From contig CAWHAE010000014.1 of assembly GCA_963827235.1 (NCBI GenBank), positions 32,001-96,000 of the forward strand: a DNA stretch of 64,000 nucleotides. The letters are read 5' to 3'. Numbering within the stretch: position 1 is the first letter of the stretch; each line of letters starts with the position of its first letter. The DNA is from an uncultured bacterium (lineage in GTDB: Bacteria > Chloroflexota > UBA5177 > JANWHV01). Shown here one piece after another: positions 10,098 to 20,252 of the stretch. The notes beneath the pieces were generated by a model. It searched no databases. It was given only the letters and a program-made list of their open reading frames with translations, and was not told the DNA's origin. A program made the translations under genes and the position numbers.

Positions 10098-10146
10098 AGC
10101 CCCCGGCTCACGACCTGCGCATGGGGCAGGTCGTGAGCCGGGGGCT
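10098..10146. terminator. Perfect 21-bp stem-loop between convergent genes
   Basis: AGCCCCCGGCTCACGACCTGC / GCAGGTCGTGAGCCGGGGGCT with 7-nt loop; no clear U-tract. Confidence 0.7.
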
Positions 10147-10567
10147 ATCTGCGCGTCTGCGCGATCGTACCTCTCCCCCGGCCGTTGGCGCCTGCACGCT
10201 CAGGCACCGCGCGACAGCACAGCAAGGCAGCCCCGAACGCCGGCCCGGTGGGCAGTAGCTAGTGCAACGGCAAGGAAAACGACATCTGCGGCATGGTCTC
10301 CGTCAGCCCGGAGTAGCACGCCACCATGCCTGGCAGCCCGAAAACGAAGACCCGCAACAGCCTCCCTGCTACATGCAGAAAGCGCTGCGTGTGAGCGAAC
10401 ACTGCCGGTGTACGGCCGCTGACCCGGCGTAGTGCGGATCAAGCCAAGCCGCCGTGCGTACTAGCCGGTGGCAGGCGTCCCGGCAAGTCGCGGATCCGGG
10501 GAGGGCGGCGGCGCCCGCGACTAGTTCCGGCCGAACGTTGCGGGCCGGATGGGCGACAACTCGGCGC

Positions 10568-11410
10568 CTAGCCTTTGACCGCGCCTGCGGTGAGACCTTC
10601 CACCAGCCAGCGCTGCACCAGCGCGAAGAGGATGACCACGGGGATGATGATGATCACCGTGCCAGCGGCAACCTGTCCCCACTGCAGTATGAGCGACGAG
10701 CTGATCTGGTAGATGTAAAGCGGCATCGTAGCCGTGGCACTGCTGCTCGAGATCACCGATGCAAACAGGTAGTCACCCCAGGACACGATGAAGGCAAAGA
10801 AGGCGGCCACTGCCAATCCGGGCAGCGAGGTGGGCAGCACCACGCGAGTCAACGCGTTCAGCTTGTTGCATCCGTCCACGAGCGCCGCCTCGATCAGCGC
10901 CTGCGGCACCGCGTCCATGTAGCTCTTCAGCATCCACACGCAGAACGGCAATGCCAGGATGGTTTGGGCCAGGATCATACCGAGGTAGGTGTTTGAAAGG
11001 TGCATGTCCAGTATGAGGGTGTAGAACGGCACCAGGATGAGCACACCGGGGAACATCTGCGAGGTCAATACGGCGATCAGCAGCACGTTTCGGCCTCTGA
11101 TGCGATATTTGCTCAGCCCGTATGCCGCGAGCGTGGAGACGACCAGCGACAGAGCAGTCACAGACAGGGCGATGATCGTAGAGTTCTTGAGGTAGTCCTC
11201 GATTGAACCGGACGCGGACTGCCAGATGTCCTGGTACGAGCTAAAAGTCAGATCGCTCCTCTGCGGGATCAGGTTTCCACCGAAAATAGACTGCGTGGTC
11301 TTGAACGACTGCAGCACCAGCCACAGGATCGGTATCAGGAAGAAGCCATAGTACAGGAAGAGCAATGCATAGATCAGTACCATCCTGTACCACGTCATCC
11401 GGTGTATCAC
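10568..11410 (-). CDS. Carbohydrate ABC transporter permease (MalG-like)
   Basis: EAA loop LIEAALVDGC; FIVSWGDYLFA. Confidence 0.93.
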   Translation of the reverse strand: MIHRMTWYRMVLIYALLFLYYGFFLIPILWLVLQSFKTTQSIFGGNLIPQRSDLTFSSYQDIWQSASGSIEDYLKNSTIIALSVTALSLVVSTLAAYGLSKYRIRGRNVLLIAVLTSQMFPGVLILVPFYTLILDMHLSNTYLGMILAQTILALPFCVWMLKSYMDAVPQALIEAALVDGCNKLNALTRVVLPTSLPGLAVAAFFAFIVSWGDYLFASVISSSSATATMPLYIYQISSSLILQWGQVAAGTVIIIIPVVILFALVQRWLVEGLTAGAVKG

Positions 11411-12399
11411 GTCTCCGTCTCCTTCACAGTCAGGATGTACGGGATCGTAACCACCAGGAGCATGAGCAGCATGATCACGCCGGCGGATGCGGCGTATCCC
11501 GCCGTGTAGTTGTCCCAGAACTGCTTGTAGACGTATACCGGCATGACCAGCGTGGCGTTGATGGGCCCTCCGCCGGTTGACAGATACACGAAGTCGAAGT
11601 TGTTGAACGTCCAGAGCACGTGGATGATCACCATGATCATGGCGATGTAGGAAATGCCCGGTACGGTGATATGCCGGAACCTGGAGACCGCCGAAGCACC
11701 GTCAATGGCGGCGGCCTCGTACCGTTCGATCGGGATGTTATTGATCCCGGCGAATAGCGCGATGCCGAAGAACGGAGTGTTCCGCCAGAGGTGCATGATC
11801 ACGATCGAAGGCATGGCGGTATTCAGATTGCCGAACCAGTATGTGTTGAACCGCTTCAGCCCGATATCCCGAAGGATAATATTGAACAGGCCGTAGCCGG
11901 GCAGCCACACCAGGTTGAACATCATCACCGTGGCCACTACCGGGATGGTCCAGCTTGCCATCGTGACGCTGCGGAAAATCTGAATCCCCGGCACCTTCTC
12001 ATGCAGCAGGAGTGCCAGCCCGGTGCCAAGCACCAGCTCCAGGATGACGACGGTGGCCGTCAGCTCCACCGAATTGACCAGTGCGGAGGAACCCGGAAAG
12101 CCACCCCAGAAGTCCGTATCGGCGAAAAGATTGCGGAAATTGTCGAAGCCTATCCAGCTCTGCTGTCCCGGGTTTAGGGTACCGGCGTTGGTGAAACTGA
12201 GGATCACGCCCTGTACGACGGGGTACAGCACGACAAGACCGATGAGCGCCAGAGCGGGCAATGCCAGCAGGTAGCCAAACCATTCACGATCCTGTACATG
12301 AAGCACAGAGGCAATGGCACGCGTGAGCGGACCGGGCTGGAGCCGAAGCCCCAGCCCGGTCTCTTCGGAGATACCGGTGCGGTCAGTCGGATCTCGCAT
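11407..12399 (-). CDS. Carbohydrate ABC transporter permease (MalF-like)
   Basis: YEAAAIDGAS...FRHITVP; TGGGP. Confidence 0.93.
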   Translation of the reverse strand: MRDPTDRTGISEETGLGLRLQPGPLTRAIASVLHVQDREWFGYLLALPALALIGLVVLYPVVQGVILSFTNAGTLNPGQQSWIGFDNFRNLFADTDFWGGFPGSSALVNSVELTATVVILELVLGTGLALLLHEKVPGIQIFRSVTMASWTIPVVATVMMFNLVWLPGYGLFNIILRDIGLKRFNTYWFGNLNTAMPSIVIMHLWRNTPFFGIALFAGINNIPIERYEAAAIDGASAVSRFRHITVPGISYIAMIMVIIHVLWTFNNFDFVYLSTGGGPINATLVMPVYVYKQFWDNYTAGYAASAGVIMLLMLLVVTIPYILTVKETET

Positions 12400-12410
12400 C
12401 AGCGATTCTG

Positions 12411-13754
12411 CTAGAGCACACCGCGTGCCAGCAAGGAGTTCAAGTCGTTGTACAAACCCGCGCCGGCCTTGGCCGCCGTGGTCTGGTTGTACACCACTGG
12501 CTGCAACTCCTTGAAGATAGCGTCGAAGACGGCCGTCCAGTTGAGCGGATCAAGCGCCACGCCGTTCGGCACGAGCGCGCCGAAGTCCTTGTGCCACCAG
12601 TCCGCGGCCTGGGCATCGGACCGCGTAGCAATGAAGCCGGAGTCCGCGGCCCACGTACCCAGGACGCTCTTCGAGGACAGGAACTGGATGGCTTCCCAGG
12701 CCGCAGCCTGGTTCGGGCTGTACTTGTTGAGCAACAGCGGTTTGACTTCCAGGTATGTGCCGTGGCTTCCGCCCGGCGCCACGGGAAGCGGCACGATCGC
12801 CGTATCCTCCTGGATAATCTGCTTCGGCAGGCCGCCACCGTACGCCTGGTACGCCAGCATCCAGGGGCCTTCAGGTACCATGGCGAACTTGCCGGTCACG
12901 TAGCCGATGTCTTCGGAGTTGTAGTCGATACCCAGATACGTGTTGTCGACTGCCGGCTGGCTCGTCTTCGAATTTCCGTAGAACAGGTCGTGGTACAGCT
13001 GGTAGACCTTGGCGAGCTCTGCCGGCGTCGAATTGACCGACCATTTCTTGGTGGTCGGATCCAGCTTGAAGAGGTGCTTGTTGAGCTGGAAGAACCAGGA
13101 GATCCACTCCTGCGGGCCACGTACCGAGGTCACCTTCGTGCACACCCCAAAGCCCGACATGCCGAGGACAGGGCCGTACGTTGTCTCGGTCTGGCCTTTG
13201 GTTGTGATGTACGAAGCCGTTTCCAGTAGCTCGGGCCAGGTGGTGGGAATCTTCAGCCCGTAGTGCTTCAGGATGCTCTTGCGAACGAGCATGCCGCGGG
13301 CATTGGTGTTGTAGGGCACGCCATACAGATCGCCGTTGTATGTCAGGGCATTGACGGTCGACGGGAAGAACTTGGTGTGGTCCGCCCACGCGGCAAAGTT
13401 CGTCGTCAAAGGCGAAAGGTCGCCTGCGCGAACGTACGCCACCATGTTCTCCCAGAGGCCTTCGAGAATATCCGGAGAGCCCGTCTTGGCCTGGGCGAGG
13501 AACTTATTCTGCTGGATTCCGTAGTCTCCTGGACCGTAATCGGTCGTGAACTGAATGTCCGGAAGCGTGTCATGTTTCAGGAACCAGGGTAGAAACACCT
13601 TGGTATCCTGGCCATTGATGAATGGAACAGACCAGAAGGTGACGGGCGTCTTGCTCGCTGCCAGAACACGCTGCAAGGCCCTCGGGTTACCCATCGCGGC
13701 CAGGGCCGCTGCCGCTCCAGCGCCTTTGAGGAACGTCCTCCGAGATGATGCCAT
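12411..13754 (-). CDS. Sugar ABC substrate-binding protein with Tat signal
   Basis: SRRTFLK twin-arginine motif; LYGVPY, PTTWPELL, GKFAM..GPW. Confidence 0.9.
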   Translation of the reverse strand: MASSRRTFLKGAGAAAALAAMGNPRALQRVLAASKTPVTFWSVPFINGQDTKVFLPWFLKHDTLPDIQFTTDYGPGDYGIQQNKFLAQAKTGSPDILEGLWENMVAYVRAGDLSPLTTNFAAWADHTKFFPSTVNALTYNGDLYGVPYNTNARGMLVRKSILKHYGLKIPTTWPELLETASYITTKGQTETTYGPVLGMSGFGVCTKVTSVRGPQEWISWFFQLNKHLFKLDPTTKKWSVNSTPAELAKVYQLYHDLFYGNSKTSQPAVDNTYLGIDYNSEDIGYVTGKFAMVPEGPWMLAYQAYGGGLPKQIIQEDTAIVPLPVAPGGSHGTYLEVKPLLLNKYSPNQAAAWEAIQFLSSKSVLGTWAADSGFIATRSDAQAADWWHKDFGALVPNGVALDPLNWTAVFDAIFKELQPVVYNQTTAAKAGAGLYNDLNSLLARGVL

Positions 13755-13962
13755 AGCATTGTCTCCTGTCTAGTAAAGGCGATTACGACGACTATGCTCA
13801 TGGACTCGCGACCGGAGTGGCCCGTCGCGAGACGTACGCCTATCTCAGCGGAATCTACGTGCAACTCCACGGAGCGGACTCGACCTGGTCGAGCCGGCCC
13901 GTGTCGGGCGACCGCGGCATCAGGATCGCTACATCGCCGGGCAGGCGATGGTGCCCTGGACC

Positions 13963-14284
13963 CGCGTTTCCAGATCTGCACAGACGATTCGGGAGCTGGC
14001 AACGCTCTTACTGCCGGCCCATCCTCCTGCCGTAGGGATGCAGCCGCGACTGCTCTCGGCAGTCACAGAGTTCTGTTTCATCGCGAGAGTTACCGGAAAA
14101 CCGGGAAACAGAGATCGCTTTCGTACAGTCAAGGGAGCGGACACACAGCTTGATGTGCTCGATAACACCGATGCTACAAGATCTCGTAGTGGCGTGGACG
14201 TACAAGCGCGTTTCCAGTATAATACGCCTATTGCCGGGATGTCAAGGCGCTTGTTTCCCAGCATCACTCGTTTCACGTTTCCAG
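13963..14284. promoter_or_regulatory. Three putative LacI-family operator half-sites
   Basis: CGCGTTTCCAG at 13963 and 14207, CACGTTTCCAG at 14274. Confidence 0.55.
14195..14245. promoter_or_regulatory. Overlapping divergent sigma70-type promoters
   Basis: Plus: TGGACG-17-TATAAT (14195-14223) toward lacI; minus: TTGACA-18-TATACT (14245-14216) toward the ABC operon. Confidence 0.75.
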
Positions 14285-14369
14285 GACTTGCGGCCGTTGT
14301 CGGACCACCGGGCAACATCTATTCACGCCGTTGCGGCGTGCAGGGGGTATTTGAGGACGGGAGGCAACC

Positions 14370-15407
14370 ATGCCTGCGTCGCTCCGTGATGTTGCCCGTG
14401 CAGCCGGTGTCTCCGTGGCAACTGCCTCGCGCGCGCTCAACGGTGCCGGCGGTCGCACGGTCTCCGCGGAGAAGCACGACCTGATCCTGCGCGCTGCATC
14501 GCAGCTGGATTACCGTCCGGCCCGGGCCGGACGGGCCGACGCCTCGCCGGTCGCGGCTCGACGCACCAACAATATCGGGCTGGTGTTGCGCGCTACCTAT
14601 CGATACACCGATCCCTTTTGGTCGCATGTTCTGGAAGGGCTGACGGCGGAGATTATGCGGCAAGGCTACCACCACCGCTTTGCCTACACCATGGACGATC
14701 TGCAGAATCAGCGTCGCCGGCGGTTGCTCAGCAGCCGCTTCATCGATGGTCTGATTCTGGTCGGAGACATGAGCATGGCGGCGGAGATCGCGGATACCAA
14801 TCCGCCGGGGAGCCTGGTCGTGATCGCCGGCTACGACTCCACGCGCTGGGAGTCGGACGTACGACTCAACGTGGTCACCATGGAAAAGCACACTGCCATG
14901 GACAGCCTGGTCCGACATCTGGCCGAGCTGGGTCGCCGCAGGCTCGCCTTCCTTGGGCCAACGCCCGACCGCGACCGGCGGGGCGAAGGGTTCGTGCACG
15001 CGCTGATCCGTCACGATCTGCCCGTGGTCTCCGATCTCTTCGTCGAGTGCGACTTCAGTTCCGAGGCCGGTTACGCCGCGACCTTGCGCCTGCTGAACCG
15101 TGGGCACGGCGTGGACGGTCTGGTTTGCGCTTGCGACACCATCGCCATCGGAGCGGTACGCGCGGCAAAGGAGGCCGGGCTGCATCTGCCTGACGATCTG
15201 GCGGTTGCCGGTTACGACAACATTCCGTTCTCACGCGACCTCGATCCGCCGCTGACCACCGTTCAAGTACCCAAAGAGCTCATGGGCGAGCTGGCTGCCC
15301 GTCGCGTCATCGAGTGCATTGCCCACCCGGACTGGCCGCCTATCATTCAGATGGTGCCGACCAGGCTCGTGATCCGCTCCTCATGCGGCGAGCCTGCGGG
15401 CGGCTGA
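14370..15407 (+). CDS. LacI-family transcriptional regulator
   Basis: SLRDVARAAGVSVATASRALN HTH; GYDNI...PPLTTV. Confidence 0.95.
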   Translation: MPASLRDVARAAGVSVATASRALNGAGGRTVSAEKHDLILRAASQLDYRPARAGRADASPVAARRTNNIGLVLRATYRYTDPFWSHVLEGLTAEIMRQGYHHRFAYTMDDLQNQRRRRLLSSRFIDGLILVGDMSMAAEIADTNPPGSLVVIAGYDSTRWESDVRLNVVTMEKHTAMDSLVRHLAELGRRRLAFLGPTPDRDRRGEGFVHALIRHDLPVVSDLFVECDFSSEAGYAATLRLLNRGHGVDGLVCACDTIAIGAVRAAKEAGLHLPDDLAVAGYDNIPFSRDLDPPLTTVQVPKELMGELAARRVIECIAHPDWPPIIQMVPTRLVIRSSCGEPAGG

Positions 15408-15444
15408 TTGCCTCTAGACACTGTTTGTTGAAAGGACAGCGCAC

Positions 15445-16773
15445 ATGGCCAAGATCGCCCTCATCGGCGCAGGGAGCGTCGTCTTCACGCGCAACTTGCT
15501 CAGCGACGTGCTCTCGTTCCCTGCCTTGCAGGACAGCACGATAAGCCTCATGGACATCGACACCGGCCGGCTAGAGCTGGCTCGGGACCTCGTGCAGGCG
15601 ATGATCGATCGCCGAGGTCTGGCAGCCACGGTAGAGGCCACCACGGACAGGGCAGAGGCCATACGTAACGCGCGCTACGTGATAGTGACCATCCAGGTGG
15701 GCGGGCTAGAGGCATACGCCCACGACATCGAGATTCCGGCCCGCTACGGTGTCGGACAGTGTGTTGGAGATACGCTCGGTCCTGGAGGAGTCTTCCGCGG
15801 GCTGCGCACGATGCCTGTATTGCTCGACCTGTGTCGCGAGATGGATCGGCTCTGCCTCCCGGACGCCCTGCTCATCAACTACTCGAACCCGATGGCCATT
15901 AACTGCTGGGCGATCGCCTCAACCGGCCGGCCGCACGTTGGCCTCTGCCACAGCGTGCAGGGCACGTCTCGCATGCTGGCCGGGTGGATCGGCGTGCCGT
16001 ATGAAGAGGTCAACTACCGCGTGGCGGGCATCAATCACCAGGCCTGGTTCCTGGACTTCAAGCATCGCGGGGCCGACGCCTATCCTCGCCTGCGAGAGCG
16101 CGTGAAGGACCCGGAGATCGTCGGTCAGGAGCCTGTGCGCGTCGAGCTCATGCGCCAGTTCGGCTATTTTGTTACGGAAAGCAGCGGGCACGCTTCTGAG
16201 TATGCTCCGTATTTCCGCCGGACTCCAGGCATGATCGCAGAATTGAGCACCCGTTTCCTGTCTCCCGAAGACGAGTGGATCGATTGGGGAAAGACGGGGG
16301 GCTATCTCAAGGAGTGCCGCCGGCGGCTGCCGACGTTCCTCAGCGACGTTCGGGCTCAGGTCAGCGGCCAAAAGGACCTTCCGATGGAAAGAAGCGACGA
16401 GTACGGTGCCGGGATCATCAACGCGGTGGAAACCGGGGCGGCCTTTGCTTTCAACGGCAACGTGCCCAATTCGGGCGCCATTACCAATCTGCCGCCTGGC
16501 TGCTGCGTTGAGGTTCCCTGCCTGTGCGATGGCTCCGGGGTGCAGCCTACCATCGTAGGATTGCTGCCACCGCAGCTTGCTGCGCTCAACCGGACAAACA
16601 TCAACGTGCAGGAGCTTGCCGTCTTGGGCGGTTTGCGAGGCGATCGCGAAGCCGTCGTCCATGCTGCCATGGTGGATCCGCTTACCGCGGCCTCGTGCGG
16701 CCTCCACCAGATTCGCAACATGGTCGACGAGCTGTTCGCGGCAGAGCGAACCTGGCTTCCCCAGTTTGCTTGA
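15445..16773 (+). CDS. GH4 NAD+-dependent alpha-galactosidase/alpha-glucosidase (MelA-like)
   Basis: KIALIGAGSVVF, GDTLGPGG, NYSNPM, GLCHSVQ, AGINH, TESSGH. Confidence 0.92.
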   Translation: MAKIALIGAGSVVFTRNLLSDVLSFPALQDSTISLMDIDTGRLELARDLVQAMIDRRGLAATVEATTDRAEAIRNARYVIVTIQVGGLEAYAHDIEIPARYGVGQCVGDTLGPGGVFRGLRTMPVLLDLCREMDRLCLPDALLINYSNPMAINCWAIASTGRPHVGLCHSVQGTSRMLAGWIGVPYEEVNYRVAGINHQAWFLDFKHRGADAYPRLRERVKDPEIVGQEPVRVELMRQFGYFVTESSGHASEYAPYFRRTPGMIAELSTRFLSPEDEWIDWGKTGGYLKECRRRLPTFLSDVRAQVSGQKDLPMERSDEYGAGIINAVETGAAFAFNGNVPNSGAITNLPPGCCVEVPCLCDGSGVQPTIVGLLPPQLAALNRTNINVQELAVLGGLRGDREAVVHAAMVDPLTAASCGLHQIRNMVDELFAAERTWLPQFA

Positions 16774-16951
16774 CGACGCGGCAATCCTCCACCGAGAACG
16801 CGATCACTGATGCGCGGGACGAACAAGCGCGTCATCCGGCGTAGCTGCTTGCCGGGAGCCGAAACCGGGTATGCTACAGGAAGTGGATCGCGATATCGTG
16901 TCGGACACGAGCCGGCATTTCTGGCATGGGCCGGTGCCTGTCGCGAGGTGA

Positions 16952-18043
16952 GTGAAACACAGCGCTTACGTGAGTGTTGCATCGTATCCGCGCATCATCG
17001 ACGGGCACAACGATGTCCTGCTTCGGCTTTCCGAAGCGGGCGACCAGGCGGAGTCCATGTTCTTCCAGCGCGGATCGTCGGGTCACATGGACCTGCCGAG
17101 AGCGCGAGAAGGTGGCTTGGGAGCCGGTTTCTTTGCCGTTTACGTACCTGACCCGGCGGAGACCAAGGACAGTGTGACCTCTGCCGCCGCGACTTACCAG
17201 TCGCAGCCGGCAGCCCCGTTGCCGGTCGACTACGCAACACACGCCGCGATGGCGCAGATGGCCGTCCTGTTCAGGCTGGAGGAACGGTCCTGCGGTCAGC
17301 TCAAGGTAGTCCGCACGGCGGATGAGATGGAGCAGTGCCTGCGATCCGGCGTGCTGGGTGCGGTGCTGCACATGGAAGGCGCCGAGGCCATCGACGCGGA
17401 TCTCGCCGCCTTGCGAGTTTTCTTTGAGGCAGGTCTTCGCTCGCTGGGCATCGTGTGGAGCCGTCCCAATGCGTTTGGGCATGGTGTGCCGTTTCGCTAT
17501 CCGTCGTCGCCGGACACCGGCCCAGGCCTTACCGACACCGGTCGCGTGCTCGTACGCGAGTGCAACCGGCTTGGCGTGCTCGTCGACCTGTCTCACCTGA
17601 ACGAGCGAGGCTTCTGGGACGTCGCCGGCTTGTCCACGGCGCCGCTCGTGGCCACTCACTCCGGCGCGCACGGCGTGTGCGCCACCTCGCGCAACCTGAC
17701 GGACAGGCAGCTCGACGCGATCAGGGAATCAGGCGGCATCGTTGGCATGAATTTCGCGGTGTGCTTCCTGCGACCCGATGGACTGAACAGTCAGGATACT
17801 CCCCTGGACGTGATGGTGCGACACCTGGACTACCTGGTACAGCGGCTGGGTATCGACCACGTGGGGCTCGGCTCGGACTTCGACGGCGCTGTGGTCTCCG
17901 AGTCACTCGGCGATGTCGCCGGTCTGCCTCGGCTCCTGGACGCGTTGCGGGCTGCCGGTTTCGGCGAACGCGACCTGGCGAAGCTTGCACATGAGAACTG
18001 GCTACGCGTGTTGCGCGCTACCTGGTCTCGAGAGCAGGCATAG
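16952..18043 (+). CDS. Membrane dipeptidase (peptidase M19)
   Basis: IDGHND, HMEGAE, VDLSH, ATHS, GLGSDFDG. Confidence 0.92.
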   Translation: MKHSAYVSVASYPRIIDGHNDVLLRLSEAGDQAESMFFQRGSSGHMDLPRAREGGLGAGFFAVYVPDPAETKDSVTSAAATYQSQPAAPLPVDYATHAAMAQMAVLFRLEERSCGQLKVVRTADEMEQCLRSGVLGAVLHMEGAEAIDADLAALRVFFEAGLRSLGIVWSRPNAFGHGVPFRYPSSPDTGPGLTDTGRVLVRECNRLGVLVDLSHLNERGFWDVAGLSTAPLVATHSGAHGVCATSRNLTDRQLDAIRESGGIVGMNFAVCFLRPDGLNSQDTPLDVMVRHLDYLVQRLGIDHVGLGSDFDGAVVSESLGDVAGLPRLLDALRAAGFGERDLAKLAHENWLRVLRATWSREQA

Positions 18044-18189
18044 AGAAGCAGGCGACGGCGCAGAGTCGCGTCGTGGGGCATGATGGGGCCCGGGCTCACC
18101 GGAGAGCCCCCTACTGGCATAGAGGCCGGAGTGCGCTCCGCTGGAACGCACGAGGCAGCGACGCATGCCCTTACCCGGTTGGGCGTCGT

Positions 18190-18219
18190 TTGACACGATT
18201 GAGCTCGACCACCTACACT
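18190..18219 (+). promoter_or_regulatory. Sigma70-type promoter of peptide ABC operon
   Basis: TTGACA-18-TACACT. Confidence 0.6.
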
Positions 18220-18368
18220 AAGGCACCGTTTAGAGGTATGCCTGGGGCTCGCGTGAGTGAGGGAGGTGTTGATAGGCCATCGCAACGGCGAGGTTCGCCG
18301 AGTAGCTGACGAACTTTCAAACCTGTTCGGCCGGACGGAGAGGTACTCATCTCTGGTTCATTGGGAGG

Positions 18369-19997
18369 ATGGAGAACATGACTCGTAGAAGGGCTGCCCG
18401 ATCTCTAGCCGTCGCACTCTTGCTGGGCGCTACGGTGGTGGCTCCTGTAGCGGGCCAGCGCGCCTTGGCGCATTCGCCGCAGGCGAAGATCACCACGCTC
18501 GTCGTGGGCTGGGACGTGTCGGATGCCAAGACGCTCGATCCCGGGCGCGAATACGAATTCACGGGCCAGACAGTCGATCACGCGCTCTATGATTCGCTCG
18601 TCACGCTGAAGGGTGGAGACGTGGCGAATGCGCAGCCGGACCTTGCCACGAGCTGGAAGATCACCGGCGGCGGCACGGTGTTCACGTTCAAGCTTCGCCA
18701 GGGCGTGAAGTTCGCCAGCGGCAACCCGGTCACGGCCGACGACGTGGTTTTCTCGTATAAGAGATTCCAGAATCTCCACGACAATCCCTCGACGCTGATT
18801 GCCGGTATGAAGGACATCACGGCGGTCGACCCGTCGACAGTGCAGATCACGCTCAGCGCCCCCGACGTGTCGTTCCTTGCTGCCATGGTCGGACCCCAGT
18901 TCGCCGTCCTTGACTCCAAGACGGTCATGGCTCACGGCGGTACCGATGCGGCGGACGCCGCAAAGACGGACACGGCGACCGCGTACCTGGATGCGAACTC
19001 CGCGGGCACTGGCCCCTACACCTTGAAAGAGTGGACTCGCAACACACGTATAGTGCTCGAGCGCAATTCAAGCTATTGGGGTCACGCTCCGTACTTCCAG
19101 GAAGTGATTCTTAACGGTGTGAAGGACTCCCAGACCCAGATGCTCCAACTGGAGAAGGGCGACGCCGACATGGCATTCAGCCTGTCGTCGGACCAGGTGG
19201 CAACGCTCAAGTCCAATTCGAGTGTGAAGGTTGCGCTCGGATCGACGCTTGACTACATCTACATGGCCATCAACGTTGGTCCCGCCATCTCCAAGCCGCA
19301 GTCCAGCCCGCTCGTGCGGCAGGCGATGAGGTACGCGATCGACTACAACGGGATCATCCAGAAGCTTCTGAACGGTACAGGACAGCAGGTCGCCGGCGTC
19401 ATCCCGATCGGTTATGTCGGCAACAGCGCTGCGCAGAACGCCGCGCAGCGCTTCCACACCGATCCGGCCAAGGCAAAGGCTCTGCTGACACAGGCCGGCT
19501 ATCCGAACGGCTTCACCACGTCGCTTGAGTATCCCACGAATTACTCGTTCGACGGCGTCAACTTCGACGTCCTGGCACCGAAGATCGTGGACGACCTCAA
19601 GACCGTGGGTATCGTTGCAACCCCGAAAGCCGTGCAGTTCTCCGTCTGGCTGGCCGACTTCCGGGCGCGTAAGCTGCAGATCAGCCTGGGTCCCTGGGGC
19701 GCCGACTATCCAGACGCCTTTGACAACCTGAGCTACTTCGGCCCCGGCGGAAACGTGGGGCTGCGCGCCAACTACGCGAAGGACGGGAACCTGGCGGCGC
19801 TGATCGCCAAGGGTGACACGATTGCCGACAATGCACAGCGAGGCGCGATCTACAACCAGGTGCAGCAGCAGATGCTGAAGACCGGGCCGTGGATCACCCT
19901 TGTCGAGCCGGCATTCCCGGTCGGTTTGCGTGCCAACATCAAGGGCTATGTGTACACGCCGATCTGGGAGGCGGACTTCTCCACGTTGAGCGAATAG
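18369..19997 (+). CDS. Peptide/nickel ABC substrate-binding protein (family 5)
   Basis: Signal peptide; LATSW...FKLRQGVKFASGNPVTADDVVFS; GTGPY. Confidence 0.93.
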   Translation: MENMTRRRAARSLAVALLLGATVVAPVAGQRALAHSPQAKITTLVVGWDVSDAKTLDPGREYEFTGQTVDHALYDSLVTLKGGDVANAQPDLATSWKITGGGTVFTFKLRQGVKFASGNPVTADDVVFSYKRFQNLHDNPSTLIAGMKDITAVDPSTVQITLSAPDVSFLAAMVGPQFAVLDSKTVMAHGGTDAADAAKTDTATAYLDANSAGTGPYTLKEWTRNTRIVLERNSSYWGHAPYFQEVILNGVKDSQTQMLQLEKGDADMAFSLSSDQVATLKSNSSVKVALGSTLDYIYMAINVGPAISKPQSSPLVRQAMRYAIDYNGIIQKLLNGTGQQVAGVIPIGYVGNSAAQNAAQRFHTDPAKAKALLTQAGYPNGFTTSLEYPTNYSFDGVNFDVLAPKIVDDLKTVGIVATPKAVQFSVWLADFRARKLQISLGPWGADYPDAFDNLSYFGPGGNVGLRANYAKDGNLAALIAKGDTIADNAQRGAIYNQVQQQMLKTGPWITLVEPAFPVGLRANIKGYVYTPIWEADFSTLSE

Positions 19998-20080
19998 GCT
20001 GAGCGCGAGTCTGCCGGCGCGCGTCGGGCAGGTGGCCACTGCGTAAGCAGACCTCTTTGACTGGCGCGCCGTCCGGCATC

Positions 20081-20118
20081 GGAAGCACGAGACCGGCAAT
20101 TGCCGGTCTCGTGCTTCC
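20081..20118. repeat. Perfect 38-bp palindrome between SBP and permease genes
   Basis: GGAAGCACGAGACCGGCAA|TTGCCGGTCTCGTGCTTCC. Confidence 0.8.
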
Positions 20119-20252
20119 CGTAGACGGTATGCTTTGTTGCAGGGGTTGCGTCTCTCCTAAACGCAGGCGAGGGACGAGTTGACCGCAGTGGTCTCGGGCG
20201 CGTTGACGGGCCGCCGAGAATCAGAGATCGGGCTGGGGGTTGCCGCAGTAGG

